From Hemiscyllium ocellatum (taxonomy: Eukaryota), in the NCBI RefSeq assembly GCF_020745735.1, contig NW_026867443.1:248001-312000 (forward strand): a stretch of 64,000 nt of DNA, in the 5' to 3' direction. Both the position numbers and the translations under genes were made by a program. The notes beneath the pieces were generated by a model. It searched no databases. It saw only the letters and a program-made list of their open reading frames with translations, and was not told where the DNA came from. Below are positions 46,680 through 59,439 of the stretch, in pieces (the stretch's first letter is position 1; every line of letters begins with the position of its first letter).

Positions 46680-48895
46680 GCTTCCGCCTTCCATATACAG
46701 AATGGGGAAGTGGGGGAGGTGGGAATGTACTGCTGGGGTACACGGCACTGTCCTCTAGCAATGTGGTTGACTCTCTAGTGCCCTCTGAAATGGCCGAGCA
46801 AGGCTCTCAGTTGTATCAATTGTGACAATGTTTCAACAAAGAAATGAGACCGGACGGACCACAGGCATCGATCTAGACACCGAAAAGACAATGACAGAAA
46901 CAGTCCTGTCTACCCTGCTCTGTCCTCCTTACTGACATTTGGGAGTTAGTGCCAAATTCAGGAGAGCTGTCTCACAGACTAGTCAAGCAACAGCCTGACA
47001 CTGTCATACTCACAGAACCATACAGACAATGTCCCAGACACCACCATCACTGTCCCTGCATGTGTCCTGTCCCACCAGAAAGGCAGACCCAGCAGAGCTG
47101 ATGACACAGTGGTCTACAGCCAGAAGGGAGTTGCCCTGGGAAATCTCAAAGCTGGCTCTGGACCTCATGACACCAGGTTAAACATGGGCGAGGAAACCTC
47201 CTGGTGATTACAAGATATCTTGCTCCCTCGGCTGATGAATCAGTCTCTCCTAGGTGTTGAACAACATTTGGAGGAAGCACTGAGGGTGATGACAGCAGAG
47301 AGTGTACTCTGGGTTGGGGGTTTCAATGTCCACCACTGAGAGTGGCTCGGCAGCAGCATTACTGATCGAGCTGGTTGGTTCCTCATGGATGTAGCTGAGG
47401 GACTGGCTCTGCAGCTGGAACCAAAATGATGGAAAAAGATGCTTGACCCCATCCTCACCAATCTTGTGGCTGTAGATGCATCTGTCCTTGACAATGTTGG
47501 TAAGAGTGACCATCACACAGTCCTTGTGGAAACAAAGTCTGACCTTCACATTGAGAATCCCCTCCATTGTGTTGTGTGGTACTATCACCGTACTAAATAG
47601 GACAGACTCCAAACAGATATTGCAACTCAAGGCAAACTCGTAAATGGGGATGATTGCCAAAGATTGCATAATGCTCAGCACTCTTCTCAACTCCTCAGAT
47701 ACTGAAGCAGTCCACGTGCAAATGCAACAATATCTGGACAACATCCAGGTTTTGTCTGAGAAGTGACATTTCCCATTGGTGCCATGCAAATGCCAGCCAA
47801 TCACCATCACCAATAAGAGACAAACTTAACATCGCCCCTTGACAATCAATGCTATTACCATCACTGAATCCCCACGATCAACATTCTTGAGGTGCCATTG
47901 ACCAGAAACACAACTGGATTCACCAAAGAAACACAGTGGTTACAAGAGCAAGTTAGAGGCTAGGAATACTGCATCCAGTAATTCAACTCCTGATCCCCCA
48001 AAGCCTGTCAACCAAGTCAGGAGTGTGAGCAAATACTCCCCACTTGCCTGGACAGGTGCAGCTCCAACAACATTCACAGAGTCATACAGCACAGGAACAA
48101 ACCCTTAAGCCAAACTTCTACGTGCTGACCAGGTTTTCTGAAGTGAACTCATCTTATTTGCCTGCATTTCACACATATCCCTTGAAACCTTTCCTATCTA
48201 TGTCTATTGTATCCTATGTCTTTCTTATCCACTCAAAAAGCTTGATACCATCCAGAGCAAAGCAAACTCCTTGATTGGCATCGCATTCTCAAAGCATCCA
48301 AACTCACCGTCACTGACGCTCCATAGCAGCAGTGTGTATTATCGAAAAGATGCACTGCAGAAATTCATCACCGATCTTCAGATAGCACCTTCCAAACCCA
48401 TGGACAAAAATAGAAATTGCAGGAAAAGCTTAGCAGGTCTGGCAGCATCTTGGAGAGAAATCAGAATTAACATTTCGGGTTGAGCATGAAATATTAACTC
48501 TGATTTCTCTTCACAGATGCTGCCAGGCCTGCTGAGCTTTTCCAGCACTTTCTATTTTTGTCTCAGATTTACAGCATCTGCAGTTCTTTTGGTTTCCCTC
48601 CAAACCCACGTTCACTTCCATTTAGAACAAGAGCAGCAGATACATGGGAACACTGTGAGCTGCAAGTTCCCCTCAAAAAAGCTTAGCATCCGGACTTGGA
48701 AATATGTCGCTGATCCCTCAGACTTGCTGGGTTAAAATGCTGGCATTCTCTCCCCAACAGCATTGTGGGTCAACTTACGTCTTGTGGACTATAGTCAAAA
48801 AGTCAGGTTCCCACCGCCTTCTCCAGGGTAACTAGGGACAGGGTAAAAAATGTTGGCCCAGCTGGTGAAGCCCACTTCCCACAAGTGAATATGCA
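46680..48895 (+). mobile_element. Internally deleted CR1-like LINE with nested insertions
   Basis: Endonuclease remnants (GELSHRLVKQQPD, LWVGGFNVHH), RT end and 3' tail; pLTR fold-back at 48405-48560. Confidence 0.75.
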
Positions 48896-49469
48896 AAACC
48901 AAATGAAGTGTTCCTCAGGAGGGGAGAGGGAATGTTCAGGGTCCTGAACTCCATTTCCCAGCCCAGGCAGTTTGTCTCCCAATGAATGAATGAGATGCCA
49001 ATTTGAAGCCCAGGTTCAGGGCAGTCTCACTCTGTGGACATGAGGTCTATAAGAGAGAATTGGAGATTGAGCTGTAAAGGAAAGATTTGCTGGGTTATGG
49101 GGAGAGAGAGGGGAGCAGTGGGATTCACTGGGTCATTCAAAGGCATGATGGGCTGAATGGCCTCCTCCTGTGCTGTCAGATTCCAGGGAGTGCAGACAGT
49201 TCACAGTTTTCTCCCATCTCAGTAACAAACATCCAGCTGCTCCGAGCTCCTTCTTTCACTTCCTCTCTTGGTGAAGTTTCAACCTTGTGCTCTGACAGTC
49301 TTTGCAGTTATTTTTTACACTGGGGCTTTCTGCTGTGGTCAGAATCTCTAATAATAAGTGTCCAATCAGTGACAATCACAGCAGCTTAGAGCAGTCAGGA
49401 CTGAGGAGCCAGGCTCACTGTGAAACACATTGGGAAGATCAAAGCCATCCTCTTCAGCTCCTGGTACAA

Positions 49470-49870
49470 ACTCCATCCCTCTCCCTGAGCACTGTCTGCT
49501 GCTCAACCAGACTCTTTACAACTTTGGCCTCATCTTTGGGGCTGATTTGAGGCCCAAATCCTCCACATCTCAATTATCAGCCACTGAAAATCTCAACCAT
49601 GTTTTTGTGACCATTCCAATGTTATCCAGGCCCACATCACAGCCACTGACTTCCGTAAACATCAGCTCATCCCAAACTCTGCTGTCTGTTTTCAAACTCA
49701 CACCAAGTCCACCCCATACCCCTGCCCACACCTCCCCACCCCACCATGACCACCACAATCCTCACTGACTGACATAAGCTCCTGGTCCAGCAACACCTCG
49801 ATTTTTAAATTCTCATCCTTGTTCTCAATCTGCTCCCTGTTCTTCCACCCTCCCTATCTCTGTGACCTCC
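49470..49870 (+). mobile_element. L2-like LINE 3' coding remnant
   Basis: Degenerate L2 ORF2 end (cagctcatcccaaactctgctg...ttttaaattctcatccttgtt). Confidence 0.45.
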
Positions 49871-50659
49871 TCCAAGCTGCCTCACTCAGTGTGATCAATA
49901 ATCTTGGATATATGGCTCTCTGTTTCTTCATCCAAGTCATTGAGAAATATCTTGAAAAGCTGAGGCCCCAGCACAGATCCCTGGGAATACCACTACTCAC
50001 ATCTGTCTCATTGGAACACACGCACATTATCCTTCCTCTCTGTCTCCTAGACAGACCCATTCCTGACCCAAGGTAAATGCATTTCTCAAATTCCAATCAA
50101 TTCCATGATTAGGAGATGCCGGTGTTGGACTGTTATGTAAATGTTAAAAATCACACAACACCAGGTTCTAATGCAACAGGTTTGTTTGGAAGCATTAGCG
50201 TTTGGAGCACTGCTCCTTCATCAGATGGTTGTGGAGTGTAAGATCTGAATCAATGTTTCTTTTGTGGAACATTCTTAAATGTCTTTTGGAATTCCCTATA
50301 GACAATAGCCATCGACATTCCCTTATATCCCAAACTAGTGAGCTCCTAACAAAGTGTAACCCGGTTAGTTAAAGATGTCTGAACCTTTGTCAATCCAGAC
50401 TGACTCTCTCAGACCAGTTCATATTTGTCCGTTATTCTGTCTCTAAAAACAGACTCAATCACTTCCTGACAACAGACATTCAATGGAGATGTTCATTGTA
50501 ATTGAGGCTCGTAAACAGCTAGCACTGACACGAGGGGCTGAACAGCCTCCTCCTGTGCTGGCACATTCTCTGTCTCCTGGACTGAAATATTTTACAGATT
50601 AAAAACTAAGACCAGCAGCAAATTTTAAAATATAAATTAAAAACTCCTCAAATAATTTC

Positions 50660-53600
50660 CACATACAGGGCCGGGCGATGTGTAGTAATTGTACGATGGG
50701 GAAGCTGGTGGAGCCCATTGTAGCTCAGAGTGACCACATCTACAGCAAGTGTTGGTTGCTCAAGGCACTCCAGCTCAGAGTTGATGAGCTGGAATCTGAG
50801 CTTCAAACACTGCGACACATCAGGGAGGGGGAGAGTTACCTGGACACTGTGTTTGGGGAGACAGTCACACCTTGTAGGTTAAATACTTCAAATTATGGCC
50901 AGTGGTCAGGGACAGGAGGGTGTGACCAAAAGTGAACAGGCCGATGCAGCCTGGATTTAGCCTTACAGGTGCCTCAGCTCCTTGTCCAACAGGAATGAGG
51001 TACTTGCTCCCTGTGTCAATGAGGAAAAGGATTGTCGGGAGAATGGGCAAATGTAGTTTGAGGATTTTGGTGATAGTGACCATAACTCTGTAAGTTTCAA
51101 AGTCATTATATAAAAAGATAAAGATAGAGCAGAAATTATAATGTCTAAACTGGGGAAAATGTAGGGATGTGTAGGTTAGGTGCATTAGCCATGGGAGATG
51201 CAGATTTACAGGGATAAGGTAGGGAGACAAGTCTGGGTGGGATGCTCTTCAGAATGTTGGTGTGGACTCATTGGTCTGAATGGCCTGTTTCACACGGTAT
51301 GGATTCTATAATTCGATGACTCCTAAGGGCAGTCATTGCTGGTTTGGCCAGAGATGTCCATTTCCTATGAATGAACGAAGGAAACCACTGCACCATGGTC
51401 CAGGAGGCCACTCAGACTGGGGGAGCACAAAGAAAAGAGAGGTCTTGATAATGAGGGGAACTGATAGCATCCTTTGTGAGCAGGATTGAGAGCCCCACAT
51501 GGTGTGTTTCCTGCCTGGTTTCAAGGTAAGGGCATCTCGAGCCGGCTTTGAAGGATAACAGACTTGGGCGGGCACGGGGGGTGGGGGGTGGGTGGGGTGG
51601 GGGGTTGAGGATCCAGTTGTTGTTGTTGTGTTGGGACCAACAACATCAACAAAAATCGGCAAAAGCTCCTATTTGGACAATATCAGGAAAGCTATCAGAA
51701 GGATATTGATTAAACAGATGGAGAGAAATAAGAAAGAGGTGAATACAGCATCAGTGCTGAGGAACAGATTCCAGTGAATGGGCCATATACGAGTTCTATA
51801 TACGAATGCACGGAGCGTAAGGAATAAATACAATAATCTGCAGGCACAAATTCAAATTTAAGATTGTGGTATCGGATCAATTACTGAGCCATAGTTGCAG
51901 AATCATTCAGATTGGGAACGATATCTATCGGGTTAGAAGGTTCACAGGATGGATATGGGAAATGGCAGAAGAGGTGGAGCAGCTTCATTGATGAGGGAAA
52001 AAATGGCTTCAATGGTGAGGGAGGTCATAATGAGGAGAAAACACTCAGTGGAACTGAGGAGCAGGAAAGGATCTAAAACTGTAATAGATGTTGGATACAG
52101 ACCCCCCTGACAGCAGCTCTGAGGTGCTGGATGATATAAATGGAGGAATTAGACAAGTGTGTAGCAAAGCCAGTGTATTATTAATGGGGAAGTTTAACTT
52201 TAACTTAGATTGGGAGACAGACAAGCCCTCTGTCAGAAAGGTAGTGAATTGCTGCTGTGTGTCCAGAATAGTTTCCAACAGCAATAGGTCCTGGATACAA
52301 CAAGGGGACAAGCAATATTGGAATTAGTAATGAATAATGAGCCAGATTTAGTTCGTAACTATTTGTGCATGAACATTTATCAAATAGTGATCATAACATG
52401 ATCTAGTTCAGTGTCGCATTTGAAAGTAAAAAGCATGAATCAGCTGCTAGAATTTGAGATTAAGGTAAGGCCGACTTTAATGAAATGTGACAGAAACTGT
52501 CCACAGTAAACTGGGAAAATCTGCTCATGGGTAAAACAACTGAAGAACAGTGGGGAATATTTAAAGGAACATTCAACACAAAACAAAGCCAGTTTATACC
52601 TGAGAGGGAAAAGCGAACAAACAACAATGGTCAATTAAAGAGATAAGGGAAAGGATAAAATGTTTAAAAAAAGCTAACAGAAAAGCAAAAAATAAGGACA
52701 GATTCCGCTGAATGGGAAGAATACAAAAGGACCACATATCAGCTTCTAAGAGCTACCAAAAGGGATTCTGAAAGGAAACATGTAACAAAATCAATAAGAA
52801 GAAATGTTACAGTTCCATAAAAGGGAAGCTGGGAGGTCAGGAGCAATGTTGGCCAATAAAGACTGAAAGTGAGGGATATTGTCAGTGACAATGGGGAAAT
52901 GGCAGCCATGTTAAATAAATACTTTACCTCAAGATTTGCAGTAGAAAAGGAAGAGGACTTACCTGAAGTCCCAAAGGAATTAACAGAGGATCTTTGTCAG
53001 GGACTGATTAGATTCCCTGCAGTGTGCAAACATGCCTTTTGGCCCAACCAGTCCACACTGACCCTCCGAAGAGTAACTCATCCAGACCCATTTTCCCTCT
53101 GACTAATGCAATTAACACTATGGGCAATTTAGTATGGCCAATTCACCTGACCTGCACTTCTTTGGATAGTAGGAGGAAACCCATGCAGACAATGTGCAAA
53201 CTCCACACAGGCAATTGCCCGAGGCTGGAATTGAACCTGGGACTCTGGTGCTGTGAGGCAGCAGTGCTAACCACTGTGTCACCTGAATAAAGTTAATGTC
53301 AATACAACATGTGTAATAAGGAAAATAATGGAACTAAAGAGTGACAAATCCTCAGGACCTGAGGGTGATAAAGTAGTAATAGACCACATTGCAGACACCC
53401 TGACTATAATCTTTCAGAGTTACCTGGATTCAGGAGTCGTACCTCTGAATTGGAAAATTGCGAATTTCATTTCACATTTAACAAGGATGTCAGAGAAAAG
53501 CCAGGGAATTCCAGGTCACTAAGCCAACGTTTGTGGTGTGGAAATTGTTGTGTCTATAATCAAGGATGGGGGTAACTGAAGACCTTGAAAATGGTCAGTT

Positions 53601-54000
53601 AATCAGGGAGAATCAGCATAGATTCATGACAAGTTGGTCATGGTGAAAAACCTCATTGAACATTTTTGAAGAGGAAACAAAATTACTGGAGACAGTAATA
53701 TCAATGGATGTTGTTTATAGGCACTTCCAGAAGGCATTTGATAAAATCCCATGTAAGAAACTGTCAACTCAGATAGAAATCCACAGAATTGAGGCTAAAA
53801 TACTGACATACCGAAATTGGTTGAGTGACAGGTGACAGAAAATAGGGATAATGGCTAAGTGCTGAAATTGGCAGGATGTGACCAGTGGTGTCCAATAGGA
53901 ATGTGTTCGCACACCTCAATTATTTACATTATTTATTAATGCAGTGGACAATGGCATAGAAAGTCAGATACTCTTATTTGCTAATGACACAAAGTTAGGC
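50660..54000 (+). mobile_element. Decayed CR1 (ORF1 and ORF2 remnants) with HE1 inserted
   Basis: ORF1 start MCSNCTMGKL...LQLRVDELESELQTLRHIREGESYLD; RT remnant HFQKAFDKIP. Confidence 0.75.
53006..53283 (-). mobile_element. HE1 SINE, older copy
   Basis: V-domain and A-box end taaccactgtgtcacc. Confidence 0.82.
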
Positions 54001-54217
54001 AGCTTTGTAGGTAGTGTTTGTAGAGTCAGAGAGTCAGCATTCATCCAGTCCAATTTTTAACAGAGCATAATTTATCTTTGACATAGAACTCCTTGACTCC
54101 ATCTCTCTCACTCACTCTCTCTCCCCACCCCTCTCTAACTCAGCTGCATAGATCTCACTCTGAATTCCATCCCTCTTTCTCTGTCCAAGCTCATTCCCCC
54201 TCTCTTTTAGTGCTCCA

Positions 54218-54258
<41 letters not shown>

Positions 54259-54643
54259 CTCTCTCTCTCCCTGTCCTCCATCTCTTGCTCTCTAAGCCTC
54301 ATCCCTACCTCCATTTCAGCTGCTGGGAGTTCGATCTGAGTCAATTCCAGTGAATCCCATGAAAAATGATGATGGGATATTTGGAGTGTGAGTTTGATGA
54401 TGTAAATGTGAACCATTGCAGCTAAGACATTACAGATGGTTTGTACAGGCAGCAAAGCCCAAACCAGAGCATTGTGTCAATCAACACAGAACTAATGAAA
54501 GCTTCAATAAAAATAATTATTAATGTGATTCTCAGAGATGTATCGTTATTCTAGTTACAAATGGCTATTTCTCAGTGAAGGTCCATCCTGATGAATATTA
54601 GATACAGCTGGGCTTTGAAGAAATATTGGGCAGATGGAGTGTA

Positions 54644-54956
54644 ATTAGATTAGATTAGATTAGACTTACAGTGTGGAAACAGGCCCTTCGGCCCAACAAG
54701 TCCACACTGACCCGCCGAAGCGAAACCCACCCATACCCCTACATTTACCCCTTACCTAACACTACGGGCAATTTAGCATGGCCAATTCACCTGACCTGCA
54801 CATCTTTGGACTGTGGGAGGAAACCGGAGCACCCGGAGGAAACCCACGCAGACACGGGGAGAACGTGCAAACTCCACACAGTCAGTCACCTGAGTCGGGA
54901 ATTGAACCCGGGTCTCAGGTGCTGTGAGGCAGCAGTGCTAACCACTGTGCCACCGT
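54644..54956 (-). mobile_element. HE1 SINE, young copy
   Basis: (ATTAG)n tail; near-identical to 12591-12897. Confidence 0.92.
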
Positions 54957-55399
54957 GGTGTGTGACCTTGTTCACTTTCACAATAATCATTCAAATATGA
55001 CTGGAGAGTTGTTAAGTCCACATAGCAAAACTTGCCATTGGGTATAATCCATTAGGCGTGATAAATACAGAAACTCGCTTAGTTCTAGTTATCAGTGAGT
55101 TCTTGTCAACATCCTTTTAACAAATCAATTTTATACAAGAACGATATACTACAAACCCTCTATATGCAACCTTCTCAGCTGGGAATAGGGAATGAATCTG
55201 GTTTTGTGACGAGACTCACATTCCTCGAGTCTACACAGAATCAAATTGAACAGTTTGGTTCAGGAGCCAATACTACAGGAGAACTCCAATTACTCTGATA
55301 TGGTTCAATCAGCTGATTCTCCAACATGGAAGCCCTCTGTTCCATTGCCGGTTTCGGTTGGTTTTGTTTTATTTTGTCTGAATTACCACATTCAAGTTA

Positions 55400-55860
55400 T
55401 AATTGATTCATGTGATAGATCTAAGTGTATCAATACAAGTCCACAAGATAAAGGAGCAGAATTGGGCCATTTGGCCCATCATGTCTGGTCATTTACAGTT
55501 GATAATGTTTCTCAGCCCCAATCTCTTCCCTTTTCCCTGTAAATCTTGATCCCTTGATCAATCAAGAGCCAATCTATCTCTTTCTTAAATACACTCAATG
55601 AATTGGCCTCCAAGGCCCTCTGCAGTTCCACAGATTAATGACACTCTGGCTGAAGAAATTCCTTCTCAACTCAGTTCGAAAGATCATCTCTTCACTCTGA
55701 GGCTGTGCCCTCAGGTCTCCAACTCTCCTATTATTAGAAACATCTTCTCCATGTCCACTCTATCCAGGCCACCCTGTATTCTGTAAGTTTCAATGACATT
55801 CCCTCTCATCTTTCTAAACTCCATCAAGTCCATCAAAGTCCTCAACGACTCCTCATACAA
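55400..55860 (-). mobile_element. CR1 3' end
   Basis: ccacaagataaaggagcagaattgggccatttggccca tail (reverse) plus C-terminal ORF2 remnant. Confidence 0.75.
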
Positions 55861-56039
55861 ACATCTTTATATTGTCTGAGCAGCCTCACTAAATCTACCT
55901 GTTGATCTTTCTCCAGATTCAAAAATGCAGTGTCTGAAGTCTCAAATATCTCTGAATTTGTTCATCTCATAACAGGTAGTTTACTTTGGGAAGTGCCCAG
56001 GTCTTTTTTGATCTCAAGTTTTTTCTGATCCCCTCCTCT

Positions 56040-57960
56040 ATTATACTCACTACTTGACAAACCTGTACATGACGGGATGGTTCCTCAAAAACTGGGAGAG
56101 GAATTAAGGATGCTGGTTTTGTATTGAGGTTTACCTATAACTTGACAAGTAAGACACGTTTCATAAAACTGCACCACATCTTTATTCAATTGTGGCTCAG
56201 TAAAATACCTGTTTCTGGATGCCTGTGTTTTCCAAATCCCCATGTGACCTGCCATGGGAGTCGCATGTGCCCCTTGTACTATCTCCCTATGATAGCTGGG
56301 TGGGACCACTAGGCAATGTCTAACTGACCATTCTTCTGGGGGTCTATGAGGGGGTCTCCACTTCCTCATCAGCGCTCCATTCTGAACACAATAACACTCT
56401 GAAACTCCTTCAGCCTCGACCTCAGTATGAGCTGACTGGGCTTTTATTTCATTCAGGATCTACTTTTTGGATCTGCTGCAATTAGTGACATCATACCAAA
56501 CACTCCACCTGGATTATCTTCACCCTTTCGGAAAGTTTCAGCGATCCTTTCACTTGCTGTGGTGTCACATCAACCCTTATTGATGGATTTTGTTTAACCA
56601 TTGCCCTGGTTACCTCACACGAAGGAGAGAGACCAGGAACCTGTTCCTGTCATTGTTCTGTTTCTTGGCCCTCCTTTGGACATTCTGTAATTATCGGGGA
56701 AGCTACTGCCTTTAGTCCTGACAAACCATTCCCCAGAAGGAAATCGACTCCCTCAACAGGGAATGTTTTCCCATTCCGACAATTGCTTCTCCTGATAACA
56801 AATCACATTCCAGTTGTACTGTATACAATGGAAGTGGAATAGATTCTCCATCAATCCCATTGATTAATAACTTAGCTCCCATCGAACTCTCTGGAGGGAA
56901 AATCAATTCTTTCTCCAGTAAAAGTGACTGTGTTGCTCCTGTATCTCTCAGTTTGGTTCTGGGTTTAGCTGAAGAAAAAGGAGTCACCATTCCTTTTGAT
57001 AAAAGTCCTGTCCACCTCTCACCTACCTGACAACCTCCTTTACTAATGACAGAATTCACCTCCGGCCTTTTTGTTATAGTTACAGCTACAACCTGCTCTG
57101 TGGGATTATCTGTCTGTGTTCCCTTCTCTGACTCATTTTTACTAACTCCCATAAATCGCCTGGGTTTACCGCAACTTCCAACATTCCAAACACACTTGGC
57201 TCACCTTATTCCAAGAGAAACATTTCAGCTTCTGATCATCACTTCCACCCTCAGCAATTTCCTTTTTAATCTGAGGAGGAGTTCTCGGGCTGTTCCCTCC
57301 TGTCCATTCTCTTCCCTGGCTAACTACCTTCCTTTGACTCTCCCAATTTTTATTTTTCTCCCATTTCTGGGCCTGATGGGAAAAAGGTTTCTGGATCGGT
57401 CTCCCATCAGGTGACTTCTCCACCTCCTGATGCTGCTTGGCTTGTTGTGCTCTTCCCGCCTCCTGTTTGTCTACTTTGGATTCCAGCATCTGCAGGGTTT
57501 TGGCTTTAACAAAGTCTATCATCATTAGCCATTCTAGCTGCTTGTCTTACTGTCGTTCCCTTTGGTCATCTACATGAATTCTGATTCTAGAAGGGAAGGA
57601 AGTTTTAAATTCTTCTCAAAGGATAACTTCTCTGAGAGCATTGTAAGTATTCTCAGCTGTTAATGTTCTTATCCACCTGTCAACATTATTTTGTTGAACT
57701 CTCTTAAACTCAGTAGAGGTTTGTCCAGGCTGTTTGTGTCCATTCTGAAACATCTGTCTGTATGTTTCTGGAGCCAACTCATATGTGCTTAGAATAGCCG
57801 TTTTCACCTCCTCGTGATCCCGAGAACATTCCTCTGACAGTGATGTAGAAACCTCTTGTGCTTCCCAAGTTCATTTTTGCATGGACAAGGTCCAACCTGT
57901 TTTTTCCCATCTCGCTTGCGTTTCTATCTTCACTAACGACATGAAAAATGCTTCCACATC
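56040..57960 (-). mobile_element. Gmr1-like Ty3/Gypsy internal relic (gag, Zn-knuckle, protease, integrase Zn-binding)
   Basis: YELAPETYRQMF...DRWIR (gag); KCFSWNKVSQVCLECW (degenerate knuckle); LRDTGATQSL with the catalytic D at 56945-56943; HATPMAGHMG...CLTCQVIGKP (HHCC). Confidence 0.8.
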
Positions 57961-57964
57961 CATC

Positions 57965-59380
57965 TCTTCATTGACATAGAGTCATACAGCAAACAAACAG
58001 GCCCTTCTGTTTGTCGACATGTCGATGCCAATCAGTAATCACCAAGCTCCATTTACCTGCATTTGGTACATAGCCTTCCATGCCCTGGCATTTTATGTGC
58101 TCATCTGGATGTTTCTTAAATGTTGTGAGAGGACCTGCCTTTACCACCTTCTCAAATAGCACATTCCATATTTCTACCACCCTCTGGGGAAAAAAAGTCC
58201 TCAAAACCCATCTAAACCACTTTTTCACAGGGTAAGCTTATTCCCTCTGGTCATAGACATGTCTGACATAGGGAAAAGATTCTCACAATTGAGTTTGTCT
58301 ATGCCTTTCATATTTTTGTATACCTCAACCAGATTCCCCCCAGAGAAAACAAACCCAGTCTATCCAATCTCTCCTCAGAACTAACATTTTCCATCCCAGG
58401 GAACATTCTGGTTAATCTCCTCTGCATCCTCTCCAGTTCAGTCACGTTCTTCCAACAGTGTCACGACCAGAAATGTGCACAGTATTCCAGACATGACCTA
58501 ACCAGTGCTCTGTCAGGTAACAACAAGAATTTCTACTTCCTATATTCTACACCCTGGCTAATGTTGGCAATCATCCCATATGCCTTCTTCACCACCCTGT
58601 CTAGCTGCGCTGATACCTTCTGGGATTGATGGACTTGTACACCAAGGTCCCTTCGTTCCTCAGTACTCCCAAGGAACATAAGAACATAAGAACTAGGAGC
58701 AGGAGTAGGCCATCTGGCCCTTCAACCCTGCTCTGCCATTCAATAAGGTCATGGCTGATCTTTTCATGGACTCAGCTCCACATAAGACCATAAGACAAAG
58801 GAGTGGAAGTAAGGCCATTTGGTCCATCGAGTCCACTCCGCCATTCAATCATGGGTGATGGGCATTTAACGACAGTTACCCACACTCCCCCTGTAGCCCT
58901 TAATTCTGTCCAAGATTAAGAATTTATCAATCTCTGCCTTGAAGACATTTAATATTTCAGCCACCACTGCGCTCTGTGGCAATGAATTCCAAAGGCCCAT
59001 CACTCTCTAGCTGAAGAAATGTCTCCTCAGTTCTGTTTTAAACTGACCCATTCTAACTCTAAGGCTGTGCCCACGGGTCCTAGTACCCCCACCTAATGGA
59101 AATAATTTCCCAGCATCCACCTTTCAAAGCCATGCATTATCTTGTAAGTTTCTATTAGCTCTCCCCTTCTAAAGTCGAATGAATACAATCCCAGGATCCT
59201 CAGCCATTCATCATATAGCTTACCATTCCAGGGATCATTCATGTGAATCTCCACTGGACACAGTCCAGTGTCAATATGTCATTCCTGAGGTGTGGAGCCC
59301 AAAACTGGACTAAATGGGGCCTAACCAGAGCTTATTAAAGTCTCAGTAGCACATCTCATTTTACATTCCAACCCTCTTGA
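57965..59380 (-). mobile_element. Stacked CR1 3' ends
   Basis: Tails at ~57970, 58675 (gaacataagaacataagaac) and 58781 (cataagaccataagac). Confidence 0.75.
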
Positions 59381-59439
59381 GATAAACTAGGAGAAAGTGA
59401 GGACTGCAGATGCTGGAGATCAGAGCTGAAAAATGTGTT

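Noticed and set aside
57166-57525. 119-aa ORF as a single gag product
   Set aside because: Chimeric: a Penelope pLTR fragment (~57380-57510) is inserted in the Gypsy relic.
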